Shown: positions 29,933-39,749 of the stretch, in pieces
Position numbering within the stretch: position 1 is the first letter of the stretch
Layout: each line of letters starts with the position of its first letter
Assembly: GCA_026393895.1 (NCBI GenBank)
Contig: JAPKZG010000035.1
Coordinates: 607-64,606, forward strand
Source: Candidatus Aminicenantes bacterium
Lineage (GTDB): Bacteria > Acidobacteriota > Aminicenantia > Aminicenantales > UBA4085
DNA: 64,000 bases
Reading direction: 5' to 3'
The notes under the pieces: model-generated
What the model saw: the letters and a program-made list of their open reading frames with translations, nothing else
Databases searched by the model: none
What the model was told of the DNA's origin: nothing
Translations under genes and position numbers: made by a program

Positions 29933-31711
29933 ATGATCAAACGAATCGGAATCGGAGCCGGACTCCTGCTGGCGGGGGCACTCTCGCTCTTCGTCTATCG
30001 GGGGGAGAGGGAAGCCGACCGGGCCAGGAATATGATCCTGAACGGAGGCGCGGGCCTCTCCGCAGAAACCGGCGGAAGCTTCCTTTGGCTGAATGACCGG
30101 GTCTATCACGCTCGGGCCAACAATCTCTTCAAACAGGGCGTCGGCCGCCTGGGGGAAGCCGACCTCCGTGACGCCGATTTCCGTCTCGCCTACCGGAATT
30201 ATCTTCGTTCGCTCGCCCTCAACCCGTTTTCTCCGACGGCCCACTTCGATTTCGGCCAGATTCTTCAATATATCAACGCCCTCGATTTTCCCGCGGCCGA
30301 ACGTTATTTCGACGAATACCGGAAGGCCGCCGCCCTAGCGGGCGTGGACACCTCGATTTATTTCGAAGTGGGGAAAATTCTTCTGGCCCGGTGGCCCGGC
30401 CTCTCTCCGGACGAACGCGTCTTCACCGAGGAAATCGCCCGGACGCTGTTGTCTTTCCGCGGCCCGAAACGGGAGAAACGCCTCGATATTTTGCTCAACC
30501 TCTGGGAATTGAACGTCCGGGTCGCTGCGGTTCTTAAGAAAATCCTTCCCAAGGACGCGGAGATGTTGCGCCAGGCGGCCGGTTTCCTGGGAGAGAAGGG
30601 GCTCTTTCTGGAGACGCGCCTCGGCTTCCTGGCCGAAGCGGAACTCATCGATTTCCGGACGGCCTCGGAGGAAGCACAGGCGGGCCGCATCGCTTATCAC
30701 GCGCCGCGGACGGACGAAGCCCTGGAACATTATCGCGTGGCCCAAAGACTCCTTGACGGGATCCGGTTCTATCAACAACTGTCGCCGGATGAAAAGGAAA
30801 TCGCCTCGGCCGATTTCCGCGAATTGGACAAGGCGGTCAAACTCGGGATTTTAAAGTGCCGCATCGAGACCGCGCCCGATCCGAAAATATTTTATGATGA
30901 TTTCCGCGCCTATGTGGACGTCGAGGACAGTCTCGGAGCGATCGGGGAGCTGGAATCGCTGCTCAAGTCGAAGGGCCTGGTTGAGGACCGGTCCCGGACC
31001 GGATTCCTCGACTTCGACCGTCTGAATCTTTCGATCGAATTGAGTTTCAAGCAAAACCGGTTTCGAGAAGTCGTTCAAACGGGACAGGCGCTCAGGCAAA
31101 ACCTCCTGGTTGTTTCCGACGACCGGCGCCAACCGTACGGCCGGATGTTTGAACTCGTCGGCGACGCCTGCCAAAGGCTCGACGATTTGTACGAATCAAA
31201 CGCCTTTTATGAAAAAGCCGTCGCCCTGGGAGCGGAGGCCGCCGTCGTCCGGATCAAGATGCGCCGGAATTATGAACGCCTGAACGAAGCCCGGGAAATC
31301 GTGGCTCTCCAGACCCTGATCGACGCAGGGCTGACCCCCCGGGAGACGCCGCTGATTGATGCGGCTTGGATGATGGGAGAAACATTTTCCCGGCCGCTCG
31401 TTCTCGACGAAAAGATATATCGTCTGAGAATTGAATTTTCCGACGGTTTGATGGGGATGCCGCTCCTTCTCTCCGTCGTGGTCAATGGCAAAATACTCGG
31501 CGAAGAATTTTTGAATTCCGATGCCCTGGAAATCGATTTTCCGGCCGTTTTAGGCCGAAATCTCCTTAAAATCACGCCCGTCAACCGCATTTGTCATCCG
31601 GTTCGGATGATCCTCGTTCCTGTGGAAAAAACGCCGGCAACCGGTGAAAAACCGGATCTTTCCGAAAAGGCTCCAGGGGAGAGCCAAAAAGGTTATGGAA
31701 AAAACACTTGA
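29933..31711 (+). CDS. Membrane-anchored TPR-like protein
   Basis: N-terminal TM segment, YLRSLALNPFSPTAHFDFG TPR-like repeat, helical body, beta-rich C-terminus; starts 1 nt after the ligase stop. Confidence 0.6.
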   Translation: MIKRIGIGAGLLLAGALSLFVYRGEREADRARNMILNGGAGLSAETGGSFLWLNDRVYHARANNLFKQGVGRLGEADLRDADFRLAYRNYLRSLALNPFSPTAHFDFGQILQYINALDFPAAERYFDEYRKAAALAGVDTSIYFEVGKILLARWPGLSPDERVFTEEIARTLLSFRGPKREKRLDILLNLWELNVRVAAVLKKILPKDAEMLRQAAGFLGEKGLFLETRLGFLAEAELIDFRTASEEAQAGRIAYHAPRTDEALEHYRVAQRLLDGIRFYQQLSPDEKEIASADFRELDKAVKLGILKCRIETAPDPKIFYDDFRAYVDVEDSLGAIGELESLLKSKGLVEDRSRTGFLDFDRLNLSIELSFKQNRFREVVQTGQALRQNLLVVSDDRRQPYGRMFELVGDACQRLDDLYESNAFYEKAVALGAEAAVVRIKMRRNYERLNEAREIVALQTLIDAGLTPRETPLIDAAWMMGETFSRPLVLDEKIYRLRIEFSDGLMGMPLLLSVVVNGKILGEEFLNSDALEIDFPAVLGRNLLKITPVNRICHPVRMILVPVEKTPATGEKPDLSEKAPGESQKGYGKNT

Positions 31712-31737
31712 CAAAAATGAAATCAAGTACTTATAAT
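31708..31737 (+). promoter_or_regulatory. Consensus sigma70 promoter
   Basis: TTGACA-N18-TATAAT, followed by AGGAGG RBS and ATG 31765. Confidence 0.8.
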
Positions 31738-31764
31738 ATAAACGCCAAGGTTTAGGAGGATGCT

Positions 31765-32565
31765 ATGTTTAGACGAAAAAACGAGTTGAGTTTTGTTTCT
31801 TGTATTGTTTTCGTGTGCCTAATCGTTGTTTTGGCCGCCGGAACGGTCTGGGCCCAGACCGTCGAGCGGGGACATCTTGTCGGAACGCTCTTCACCCAGG
31901 ACGGGAAAACTCCCATCGTGGGCGGGGTCGTTCGTCTGAAAAACATCTCTTCCGGGGCCGTTTCGGCCGCTGAACCCACCGATGCCCAGGGAAATTTCCG
32001 CCTGGAAAACCTGAGCAAGGGGATTTACCAGTTCGGCATTACCACGGCTGAGGGAGATTTCAATTCCAACGAACTCATCGGAATTCTGGCCAACGAAACG
32101 ACGAAGATCACGCTTTCTCTCAATCCTTATGACGCCAACGTTCAAACCGCGGTTCAGGAAGTCCTGAGAGATCAAACCGTCGAGGAAGGGGAGAGCCGGA
32201 TCGGCCGCGTCGTCCGGTATAATCCGGCGACGAAAGAAGCCGAGGTGTTCATCGAGAAAGGCGTTCTCCAAATCGACGACCGCGTCCGGGTCAAGGGCCT
32301 CCAGACGAATTTCTTCCAGGACGTGGAAAGCCTCGGCGCGGGCGGGGAAGCCGTCAAGCGGCTTTTCGCCGGGCAGAACGGTTTGTTGAAAGTGATTCGG
32401 ACCGCCGACCCGGGCGACGGTATTTTCGTCATTTGTAAGAAAGGCGTTCCGCCGTTCTTCCTGACGCCGTGCGGCATCGCCAGCGTCATTGCCGGGAGCG
32501 GCTTGATTCTGGCCGGCGTCGTCGAAATCGCGGACAAGACCCCGGTTTCTCCTTTCAAGAAGTAA
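31765..32565 (+). CDS. Secreted protein with carboxypeptidase-regulatory-like (Ig/transthyretin-like) domain and C-terminal hydrophobic anchor
   Basis: Signal peptide to VWAQ; GTLFTQDGKTPIVGGVVRL...TDAQGNFRLENL..GIY; C-terminal GIASVIAGSGLILAGVV followed by PVSPFKK. Confidence 0.7.
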   Translation: MFRRKNELSFVSCIVFVCLIVVLAAGTVWAQTVERGHLVGTLFTQDGKTPIVGGVVRLKNISSGAVSAAEPTDAQGNFRLENLSKGIYQFGITTAEGDFNSNELIGILANETTKITLSLNPYDANVQTAVQEVLRDQTVEEGESRIGRVVRYNPATKEAEVFIEKGVLQIDDRVRVKGLQTNFFQDVESLGAGGEAVKRLFAGQNGLLKVIRTADPGDGIFVICKKGVPPFFLTPCGIASVIAGSGLILAGVVEIADKTPVSPFKK

Positions 32566-32586
32566 CCGGGCGATAACGGAAATTTC

Positions 32587-32639
32587 CCGCCCTCATGTTG
32601 ACCGGTGAGCCGGTCGACATGAGGACGGGACTTTTTTTG
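32587..32639 (+). terminator. Intrinsic terminator
   Basis: 20-bp stem CCCGCCCTCATGTTGACCGG / CCGGTCGACATGAGGACGGG (one G-U, one mismatch), loop TGAG, then a T7 tract. Confidence 0.85.
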
Positions 32640-32684
32640 GGCGAAATTCTCCTCTCGAAGCCTTCGATCTGCTATAATTATCCC

Positions 32685-33290
32685 ATGGACATTCAGCGGC
32701 GAAAAAGGATTTCCGGTCATCGGGCCGCCTGGGCCCTGGCCGTCGTCCTGGCCGCCGGTCCGGTGGGACCGGCAGCCGGGGGGGAGTTGACGGCCGAAAT
32801 GAAAAAAGACGCGTCCCGGATCCAGGCGGAGCTCGACCGGATCAAAAAGAAATACGAGGACGGGATCACCGGGCCGATGCGGAGCGTCGCTTTCACCGAA
32901 CGGGAATTGAACTCCTGGCTGGCCGTCCTCCTCGAAAGCAACCGGGATGACGCGCTCCGTGAACTTGTCCTCAAGCTGTTCGACGATAATCGGATCGAAG
33001 GAAAGGCGTTCGTCGATTTGAGCGGGGCTTCGCTTCCCCTGGGGCTCAAGCCCCGGATGAACATTTTTTTCGCCGCCCAGGTGACCGTCGTCGACGGGGC
33101 CGCTAAAATCGATATCAACAAACTTTTCCTCGAAGGACAGGTCATCCCCATTGTTCTGCTGGACACGATTATTGCGGCCGCGTCCGCCTTGAGAAAATCC
33201 GACGCCCGTTCGATCAAGGATTGGGTGGCCCTGCCGCCCGGTCTCAAGGATTTGCGCGGCCGCCAAGGAAGCGTCGTTCTCTATTATTGA
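32685..33290 (+). CDS. Hypothetical exported/membrane-anchored protein
   Basis: ATG 32685 follows a TATAAT; N-terminal hydrophobic segment; FTERELNSWL; ends 10 nt before rsmD. Confidence 0.6.
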   Translation: MDIQRRKRISGHRAAWALAVVLAAGPVGPAAGGELTAEMKKDASRIQAELDRIKKKYEDGITGPMRSVAFTERELNSWLAVLLESNRDDALRELVLKLFDDNRIEGKAFVDLSGASLPLGLKPRMNIFFAAQVTVVDGAAKIDINKLFLEGQVIPIVLLDTIIAAASALRKSDARSIKDWVALPPGLKDLRGRQGSVVLYY

Positions 33291-33300
33291 CGGGGGAGAC

Positions 33301-33852
33301 ATGATCAGGGTCATCAGCGGAATATACAAGGGAAAGCGGCTGCGTAAGGTCCAAAATCCCCAGGTCCGCCCTTATCCCGACAAACTGAAAACGGCGCTGT
33401 TCAACATTCTCCGGGAAGAACTTCCCGGCCTCAAGGTGCTCGACGGATTCGCCGGAACGGGATCGGTCGGGATTGAGGCGCTCAGTAACGGCGCCTCCTT
33501 CGCCGTGTTCGTCGAAATCCTTCCCGCGGCTGTCGGCACGCTCCGCCACAACCTGGCCAAATTGCAGGCCGAAGACCGCTCGCGGATCGTCGCCATGGAA
33601 TTCAACCGAGCGGTCATTCAACTGGCCGGAGAGGGAGCCCGGTTCGACCTCATTTTTCTCGACCCGCCCTACCGGCTTCTGGACGAACGGAATCCGCTCA
33701 AGGTCATTCGCAAACGCGGCTTGTTGGCCCCGGGCGGAAGGATCATCCTCCGCCGCCATTTCAAAACCCGCTTCGAGGCCGGGGATTTCGCCCTGGAACG
33801 GCAGGTCCGCTTGGGCGACGACACCCTCTGCTTCTACCGCGAACCGGCCTGA
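33301..33852 (+). CDS. rsmD: 16S rRNA m2G966 methyltransferase
   Basis: MIRVISGIYKG, VRP, LFNIL, LDGFAGTGSVGIEALS, FDLIFLDPPY. Confidence 0.92.
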   Translation: MIRVISGIYKGKRLRKVQNPQVRPYPDKLKTALFNILREELPGLKVLDGFAGTGSVGIEALSNGASFAVFVEILPAAVGTLRHNLAKLQAEDRSRIVAMEFNRAVIQLAGEGARFDLIFLDPPYRLLDERNPLKVIRKRGLLAPGGRIILRRHFKTRFEAGDFALERQVRLGDDTLCFYREPA

Positions 33853-33935
33853 CGCATTCCTCAACGCCCTTGCCACCCGGGGGAGAATCGTTTAAAATCA
33901 AAACGGCTTTTCAGGGAAGCAGAAACGGAATCTCC

Positions 33936-34784
33936 ATGAAGAAGGGTGATCTGGCGCCGGAGAATTGGAACAGCCCGCTGGTCGACGAGAGCGAGATTTT
34001 CGGATCGCTCGGCGAGCAGCGGGGGACGGTTCTGTTCCTCGGGCGTTTTACGGCCAACGAGGTCTCGGGCGTCCTGGCGAAAATGGGTTTTTTCAAGGAA
34101 GCCCGGAAGCGCGGTTTGTGGCCGATCTCCGTCAAGCTCGATTCCTCCGAATATCCGCCGCTGCAGAGGTTTCAGATCTATCACCGGGACCACGTCCCCG
34201 ACCGTTTGATCGTGGATTTGAAAATCCGGGAAGGCGTTTTCAACCCGAAGGGGAAAGCCCTCGCCCCGGCTCCGCTCCGCGAATTTACGGCCCTGGTTTT
34301 TGAGTGGTTGACGCTCCAGAATCCGGAGGCCGAATTCACCGAGCGGCACGGGTCTCTTCCCGGCCAGCTCCACCCGGGGCTGGGCATGAGCAAACGGATC
34401 ATGGACATCTTCATCTATCTCGGCCGAACGATCGGGAAGGACGGCCTGCTCGCCTTTCCGGCCTACTACCACAACGCCGTCCTTTTCTCCAGGTATTTCA
34501 AGTTCGCCAACCCCTCCAAGGAAGCCGAGGTCCAGACGATCCGGCGGACGTTCAGCCACGTTCCGATCAAGCAGATGGCCTGGATCGTCCACCGGAACTG
34601 CCTGAAGAAGGCGGACGGTTCACCCTACGAATGGACGGCCGAAGAGCAGGTTCTGCCGCTGGCCCGGGATGTCCGCGAGCATTTCGAATCCCGGGCTTAC
34701 CGCGACCGGGTCCGCGAAGGCTTGAACCGGACGCGATTCACCGTCGACTGGGACGAATACGAACGGAAGTGTCCGAAGGATTGA
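33936..34784 (+). CDS. Conserved hypothetical protein resembling the C-terminal domain of some bacterial HDAC-family proteins
   Basis: EWLTLQNP..F......LPGQLHPGLG and PAYYHNA motifs; the family link is from memory, not a search. Confidence 0.55.
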   Translation: MKKGDLAPENWNSPLVDESEIFGSLGEQRGTVLFLGRFTANEVSGVLAKMGFFKEARKRGLWPISVKLDSSEYPPLQRFQIYHRDHVPDRLIVDLKIREGVFNPKGKALAPAPLREFTALVFEWLTLQNPEAEFTERHGSLPGQLHPGLGMSKRIMDIFIYLGRTIGKDGLLAFPAYYHNAVLFSRYFKFANPSKEAEVQTIRRTFSHVPIKQMAWIVHRNCLKKADGSPYEWTAEEQVLPLARDVREHFESRAYRDRVREGLNRTRFTVDWDEYERKCPKD

Positions 34785-34793
34785 CGGCGGGAA

Positions 34794-34821
34794 TTGAATT
34801 TTTTGCAAAGTCTGGTATAAT
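34794..34821 (+). promoter_or_regulatory. Putative sigma70 promoter of rpmE-prfA-prmC
   Basis: TTGAAT-N16-TATAAT; AAGGAG RBS. Confidence 0.6.
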
Positions 34822-34848
34822 AAGCGTCCTTCCAAGGAGAATTAGTCG

Positions 34849-35070
34849 ATGAAACAGGATATTCATCCGAATTATGAAGATTGCATGGTGATCTGCGCCT
34901 GCGGTAACACGTTCCAGACGCGGTCGACAAAGAAGGAAATCCGGGTCGAAATCTGTTCGAATTGCCATCCCTTTTTCACCGGAAAGCAGAAATTCATCGA
35001 CAGCGCCGGACGGGTCGAAAAATTCCGCAAAAAATTCGGCGCGACCCCCGTCTCCAAGAAAAAGAAGTAG
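34849..35070 (+). CDS. rpmE: 50S ribosomal protein L31 (Zn-binding C+ form)
   Basis: [35 protein letters not shown]. Confidence 0.97.
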   Translation: MKQDIHPNYEDCMVICACGNTFQTRSTKKEIRVEICSNCHPFFTGKQKFIDSAGRVEKFRKKFGATPVSKKKK

Positions 35071-35088
35071 GTTCGATGCCCCGGCGCG

Positions 35089-36180
35089 ATGATTCCCAAA
35101 CTGGAGTCTGTTGAGGAAAAGTATCGCCGGCTCGTCCGGGCGCTCTCCGATCCGGCCGTCATCGCCGACCCAAAAAAATTCCGGGACATTTCCAAGGAAC
35201 GGGCGGATATCGAACCGCTCATCCGGAAAAACGAGGAACTCAAACGCGTCCGGGCGGATATCGCCGGATCGCGCGACATCCTGGCGGATCCGCACACCGA
35301 CTCCGACCTAAAAGCCCTCGCTTCTGCGGAGCTCCGTCATCTGCAAGATCGGGAAGCCGCCTTGTCCCGGGACATCCGGGTCCTGCTCGTTCCCAAGGAC
35401 CCCTTGGACGAACGGAGCGTTTTGCTCGAACTCCGGGCCGGGGCGGGAGGGGATGAATCATCCCTGTTCGCCCAGGACCTGTTCCGGATGTACGCCCGTT
35501 ACGCCGAGCAAAAAGGATGGTCTTTTGAAGTTTTGGATACGAGCCTTTCCCCGATCGGCGGTTTCAAGGAAGCGATCGCCGGAATCCGCGGGGCCGGGGC
35601 GTATTCCCGCCTCAAGTTCGAAAGCGGCGTCCATCGCGTCCAGCGCGTCCCGAAAACCGAGGCGGGCGGCCGGATCCACACGTCGACCGTTACGGTCGCC
35701 GTGTTGCCCGAGGCCGATGAAGTCGACGTCAAACTCGATCCGAAGGACCTCAAAGTCGAGGCCTTCGGTTCCTCCGGACCCGGCGGGCAGAACGTCAACC
35801 GCAATTACACGGCCATCCGCATCACCCACAAGCCCTCCGGAATGGTCGTTTCCTGCCAGGACGAAAAGTCTCAGCACCGGAACAAGGAAAAAGCCCTCCG
35901 GGTGCTCCGGTCGCGGCTTTTGGAGATCGCCCGGACGGAACAGCAGCAAAGAATCGCCCATGACCGCCGCACCCAGGTCGGCACGGGCGAACGGAGTGAG
36001 AAAATCCGGACGTACAATTTCCCGCAATCCCGGATCACCGACCATCGGCTGGACGAAAATTTTCATAACCTGGCCGCCGTTCTGGACGGTGATCTCGAGA
36101 CCATCCTCGAAAAACTCTTCCAACATGACCAGGCCAGCCGGCTTAAGGACGCCCGGCCGTCCGGCGAACCGGACCGATGA
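35089..36180 (+). CDS. prfA: Peptide chain release factor 1
   Basis: ESGVHRVQRVPKTE (PxT), GPGGQNVN, RSEKIRTYNFPQ. Confidence 0.97.
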   Translation: MIPKLESVEEKYRRLVRALSDPAVIADPKKFRDISKERADIEPLIRKNEELKRVRADIAGSRDILADPHTDSDLKALASAELRHLQDREAALSRDIRVLLVPKDPLDERSVLLELRAGAGGDESSLFAQDLFRMYARYAEQKGWSFEVLDTSLSPIGGFKEAIAGIRGAGAYSRLKFESGVHRVQRVPKTEAGGRIHTSTVTVAVLPEADEVDVKLDPKDLKVEAFGSSGPGGQNVNRNYTAIRITHKPSGMVVSCQDEKSQHRNKEKALRVLRSRLLEIARTEQQQRIAHDRRTQVGTGERSEKIRTYNFPQSRITDHRLDENFHNLAAVLDGDLETILEKLFQHDQASRLKDARPSGEPDR

Positions 36181-37022
36181 CCGCCGGGGAGCTGCTTGGC
36201 CGGGCCGTCGCCCGCCTGAGGATTATTCGCGGAATCGACCCTTTTCTTGAAGCCCGGGTGCTTCTTCGCCGGACGGCGGGCTTCACCGACCTGGAAATCT
36301 TTGCCTTTTCGGACCGGCCGGTGACCGCGACGGCCGCCCGACGGTTTTCCCGGGCGGTGGAAGAGCGGCGCGGCCGCGTTCCCCTGGCTTACATCCTCCG
36401 GGAAAAGGAATTCTGGTCCATTCCGATGACGGTCTCTCCGGCCGTTTTGATCCCCCGTCCCGAAACCGAATTGCTTGTCGAACGGGCGCTGGCCCTGACC
36501 GGGACGGCCGAACCGTTGATCATCGAAATCGGGACGGGGAGCGGTTGTCTCGCGGTCGCCTTGGCCAAGGAGCTCCCCGGGGCCCGCATCATCGCGACCG
36601 ACATCAGCCGGCGGGCCCTCCGCGTGGCCGAAGCGAACGCCGCCCGGCACGGGACCGGGAACATCCGTTTCGTCGGGGGCGATCTTTTCGGAGCGCTCCG
36701 CGGTCTGGGACTTGAAGGCCGGGCGGACCTTATCGTCAGCAATCCGCCCTACGTGACGGATGGAGAATGGAAAAGGCTGACCCGCGATGTCCGCGAGCAC
36801 GAACCGCGCCGGGCGCTGGTTTCGGGACCGACCGGGTTGGAAATGATCCGCCGGCTGGCCGTCGGCGGACCGCGTTTTCTCAAGCCCGGCGGCGCGCTTC
36901 TTCTGGAGTTCGGCGCCGGTCAAACCGCCGCCGTCCGCGGCCTGTTCGGTTCTCCCTGGGCGAGGCGGGAAACGGCGAAGGATCTTTCCGGACGCCCCCG
37001 CGTGCTGGCCGCGTTTCTTTGA
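36177..37022 (+). CDS. prmC: Release factor glutamine methyltransferase
   Basis: VPLAYI, LIPRPETE, EIGTGSG, IVSNPPY; overlaps the prfA stop. Confidence 0.95.
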   Translation: MTAGELLGRAVARLRIIRGIDPFLEARVLLRRTAGFTDLEIFAFSDRPVTATAARRFSRAVEERRGRVPLAYILREKEFWSIPMTVSPAVLIPRPETELLVERALALTGTAEPLIIEIGTGSGCLAVALAKELPGARIIATDISRRALRVAEANAARHGTGNIRFVGGDLFGALRGLGLEGRADLIVSNPPYVTDGEWKRLTRDVREHEPRRALVSGPTGLEMIRRLAVGGPRFLKPGGALLLEFGAGQTAAVRGLFGSPWARRETAKDLSGRPRVLAAFL

Positions 37023-37031
37023 GCGCCGCCG

Positions 37032-38135
37032 CTATTTTTTCACTTTGCGGACGAGCCGGAAAAAATCCTCGATGAAGGGAATTTGTTTCGTCGTTTCGTA
37101 ACGGATTTTTTCCCACTCGGGAAGGTCGAGGGAGCAAAACGCCTCCACGACTTTCGGGTCGAAATGCCTCCCCGAGTTCCGGATGATTTCCTTCCGGGCG
37201 CAGTTCATGTCGCGGGACTTGCGGTAGGGGCGGTGGGCGGTGATGGCGTCCAGGGCGTCGGCCACTGCGAAAATGCGGGCTTCCCGGGGGATCTCCTCGG
37301 CGGCCAGGCCTCGGGGATAACCCGTGCCGTCGTAATGCTCGTGATGGTAGAGGATGATATTCCCGATTTCGGGGACGAGCTTTATTTCTCGGATCAGTCC
37401 ATAGCCCAGAGAAGGATGGAGCCTGACTTTCTCCCATTCGGCCCCCGACAGGGGACCGGGTTTGTTGAGAATCGCGTCGGGGATGGCGATTTTCCCGATA
37501 TCGTGGAGGAGCGCGCCTTTGCGGAGGTTTTCGAGTTTTTGTTCATCCCGGTCGCCGAGCAGTTTGGCCAGCGCTTCGGTATATTTGGACACGGTTTGGG
37601 AGTGGCCGAACGTTTCGATGTCGCGGATGTCCATCGCGGTCATCAGGTTTTCGAGGGTTGCTTCGTAGATTTCCTCGAGTTCCCGGTTATGCCGATCGGA
37701 CCGGTTCCGTTCTAATTTTAGGCGGCGCAAAGCCCGCGAAGCGAGGGTCCGGCGTTGCTCAAGGTCTTTTATGATGATCTCGTTGCGGATGGCTGTGTAA
37801 ATTCCGATAGCGTCGTCGGGAGAGAAGGCCCCGTCCAAACATCCCGCCGCGATCATCTCGACGGCGGCCCGCGGGTCGGACAAACGCGTTCCGGCGATGA
37901 CCGACAGGTCGGGCCGGGCCTTTTTCAGCCCGGCCAGCAACCGGGCGGCCGGTCCGTCCAACGGGCCGACGACGGCGATCAGAATTTCGGCTTCCGGGTC
38001 GTCCAGGGCCTGCCGGGCCGCTCCGGCGAGCGACGAGGCGGCGATGACGTCCGCGGCCAGGGTTTCCAGGAGGGCGGCCAGGTTCCGGCCGCGCGGGGCG
38101 TTTCCGTCGTAGATGATGATTTTGCGTTTTGTCAT
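37032..38135 (-). CDS. HD-GYP phosphodiesterase with degenerate receiver domain
   Basis: GHSQTV, LLHDIGK, HHEHYDGTGYP, IFAVADALDA; the receiver-like N-terminus lacks an obvious phospho-Asp. Confidence 0.9.
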   Translation of the reverse strand: MTKRKIIIYDGNAPRGRNLAALLETLAADVIAASSLAGAARQALDDPEAEILIAVVGPLDGPAARLLAGLKKARPDLSVIAGTRLSDPRAAVEMIAAGCLDGAFSPDDAIGIYTAIRNEIIIKDLEQRRTLASRALRRLKLERNRSDRHNRELEEIYEATLENLMTAMDIRDIETFGHSQTVSKYTEALAKLLGDRDEQKLENLRKGALLHDIGKIAIPDAILNKPGPLSGAEWEKVRLHPSLGYGLIREIKLVPEIGNIILYHHEHYDGTGYPRGLAAEEIPREARIFAVADALDAITAHRPYRKSRDMNCARKEIIRNSGRHFDPKVVEAFCSLDLPEWEKIRYETTKQIPFIEDFFRLVRKVKK

Positions 38136-38366
38136 GGATCTTTTCGTCTTTTATACCCTATTCCCGCGGCGCCATCAAGATGGAGCGCATCCGGAGTCAC
38201 CCTTAGGGGTGAGAAGGGTGAAATGAATATCCCCCAGGAAATCGTCCGCGGGGGTGATTGCGGCCCCTTGGCCACTTCGGTTACACTCGGGGCGAAAAGG
38301 ATGCGAGGAGCGGACCACGGAAGCGGTTCGGGGAAGATCCTCTCCCGGCACCTAAGGAGATCGGCC

Positions 38367-39710
38367 ATGAAGAAAAAAATGAACGTTCTCGACGAATCGA
38401 ACACCCTGATCACGGAAATCGAGACCAATCTCGATAAAACCCTGGCCAGGCGGCGGGAGGAAATCGAGCAGGAGCTCCAGGCGCGTATTCAGCAGGAGAA
38501 GGAGGAGTCCGAACGCAAGTTGAATGAGATCGAAGGAGAGATCGCCCGCGAACGGGAAACGCTCAGGGATTACCGCGGCACGATCGCCACCTATGAAACG
38601 GATCGGGATACCCTCCAGGACGAAATCAAGACTCGCCTCGAAAAAAGCATCGGTTATCAGAAAGACATCGAGCAGTTGACGGCCCTGACGCTGGAAGAGC
38701 TTCGCCTGCTTTCGGACCTGACGGCCCGTCTGACCGCGCTTCGGGAACGGACCGAATTGAAGGTTTCGGAGATCCGCACCCGGTTGAAGGATAAATACGG
38801 CCTCGTCACCGAACCCCTCGACACGAAGGAAACGGGCGACGTGGTCGTGAATCTGCAGCAGGAATTGTCCAAGCTCAAAAAAATCCAGGCGCTTCTCGAA
38901 ACGGAGAATCCGCCCGTCGAACCGGCACCGCCGGCGGCCATCGGAAACGCGGTTCCCGAGCCCGTCCCGGTGTCCGAGCCGGAGATCGAACCCAACCCCG
39001 AACCGGAAATGTCGTTCGTCCCTCCCGAGATGTCCGTCCCCGAAGCCGTCGCCGCCGAACCGGCTCCGGCGGAACTCAAAATGCCGGAAATCAACCTCTT
39101 CATCGAGGAATTCGTCCGGAAGGAAGGCGAGGCGCACGCCGACCTGCCGATCGGGGACTTTCCCATCACGAAATGGTAGGAGAAGACCCCGCCACCCGCC
39201 CCCGCCGAGGACGTAAATTTCCATGGCGTTTTCGAGACGCTGGAAAAGAACCGCAAGTCGGAGCCGACCGATTACAACGGCGAAATCAGCTTTTTCCGAA
39301 ACGGCGATAAGATGATCCTCGACGGCGAGACGATCATCCGGGCGATGAGCCATATCGTCGACGACAGTCGGAGAATTTACCAGAAGCTCGCCGGCACGGA
39401 ATCTCCGAAGGATCAGTTTTTCCTGAAGCAGGACCTGATCAATCATCAGGAAATTCTCCGGAAGATCATCCTCCGCGGAGTCAAGCTTTGCGAGAAGGAA
39501 AACGGCCGGCTTCCCGGCTACACGGAAGACGTCCTGAACGTCCCGCTCTTGAAGGAAATCCTGGATAAGCTCAACCTGGACAACTGGAGCAACGAAGAGG
39601 AATTCAACGCCTTCGAAACCCGGACCTCCCGGATCAAAGACGCCTTCTATAAGAGGATCACTCCGCCGGCGCTCTACCTGAAATCCATCGTCCAGGAACT
39701 CGGCGCGTAG
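38367..39710 (+). CDS. Coiled-coil hypothetical protein; one reading frame interrupted by TAG at 39177-39179 (possible pseudogene or split gene)
   Basis: AAGGAG RBS and ATG 38367. The frame continues open after the TAG (EKTPPPAPAEDVNF...NGDKMILDGE) into ORF 39312-39710. Confidence 0.65.
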
Positions 39711-39749
39711 TCCCCGATCGGGGACCGTCGGCTCCCCTCCCGGCCCGCG

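Noticed and set aside
37755-38366. N-terminal extension of the 474-aa ORF
   Set aside because: It overlaps the HD-GYP gene on the opposite strand; the RBS supports ATG 38367.
39177-39179. Genome-wide TAG reassignment
   Set aside because: TAG terminates rpmE, the SBBP protein, the GT-C and others at the expected lengths, and prfA (RF1) is intact.
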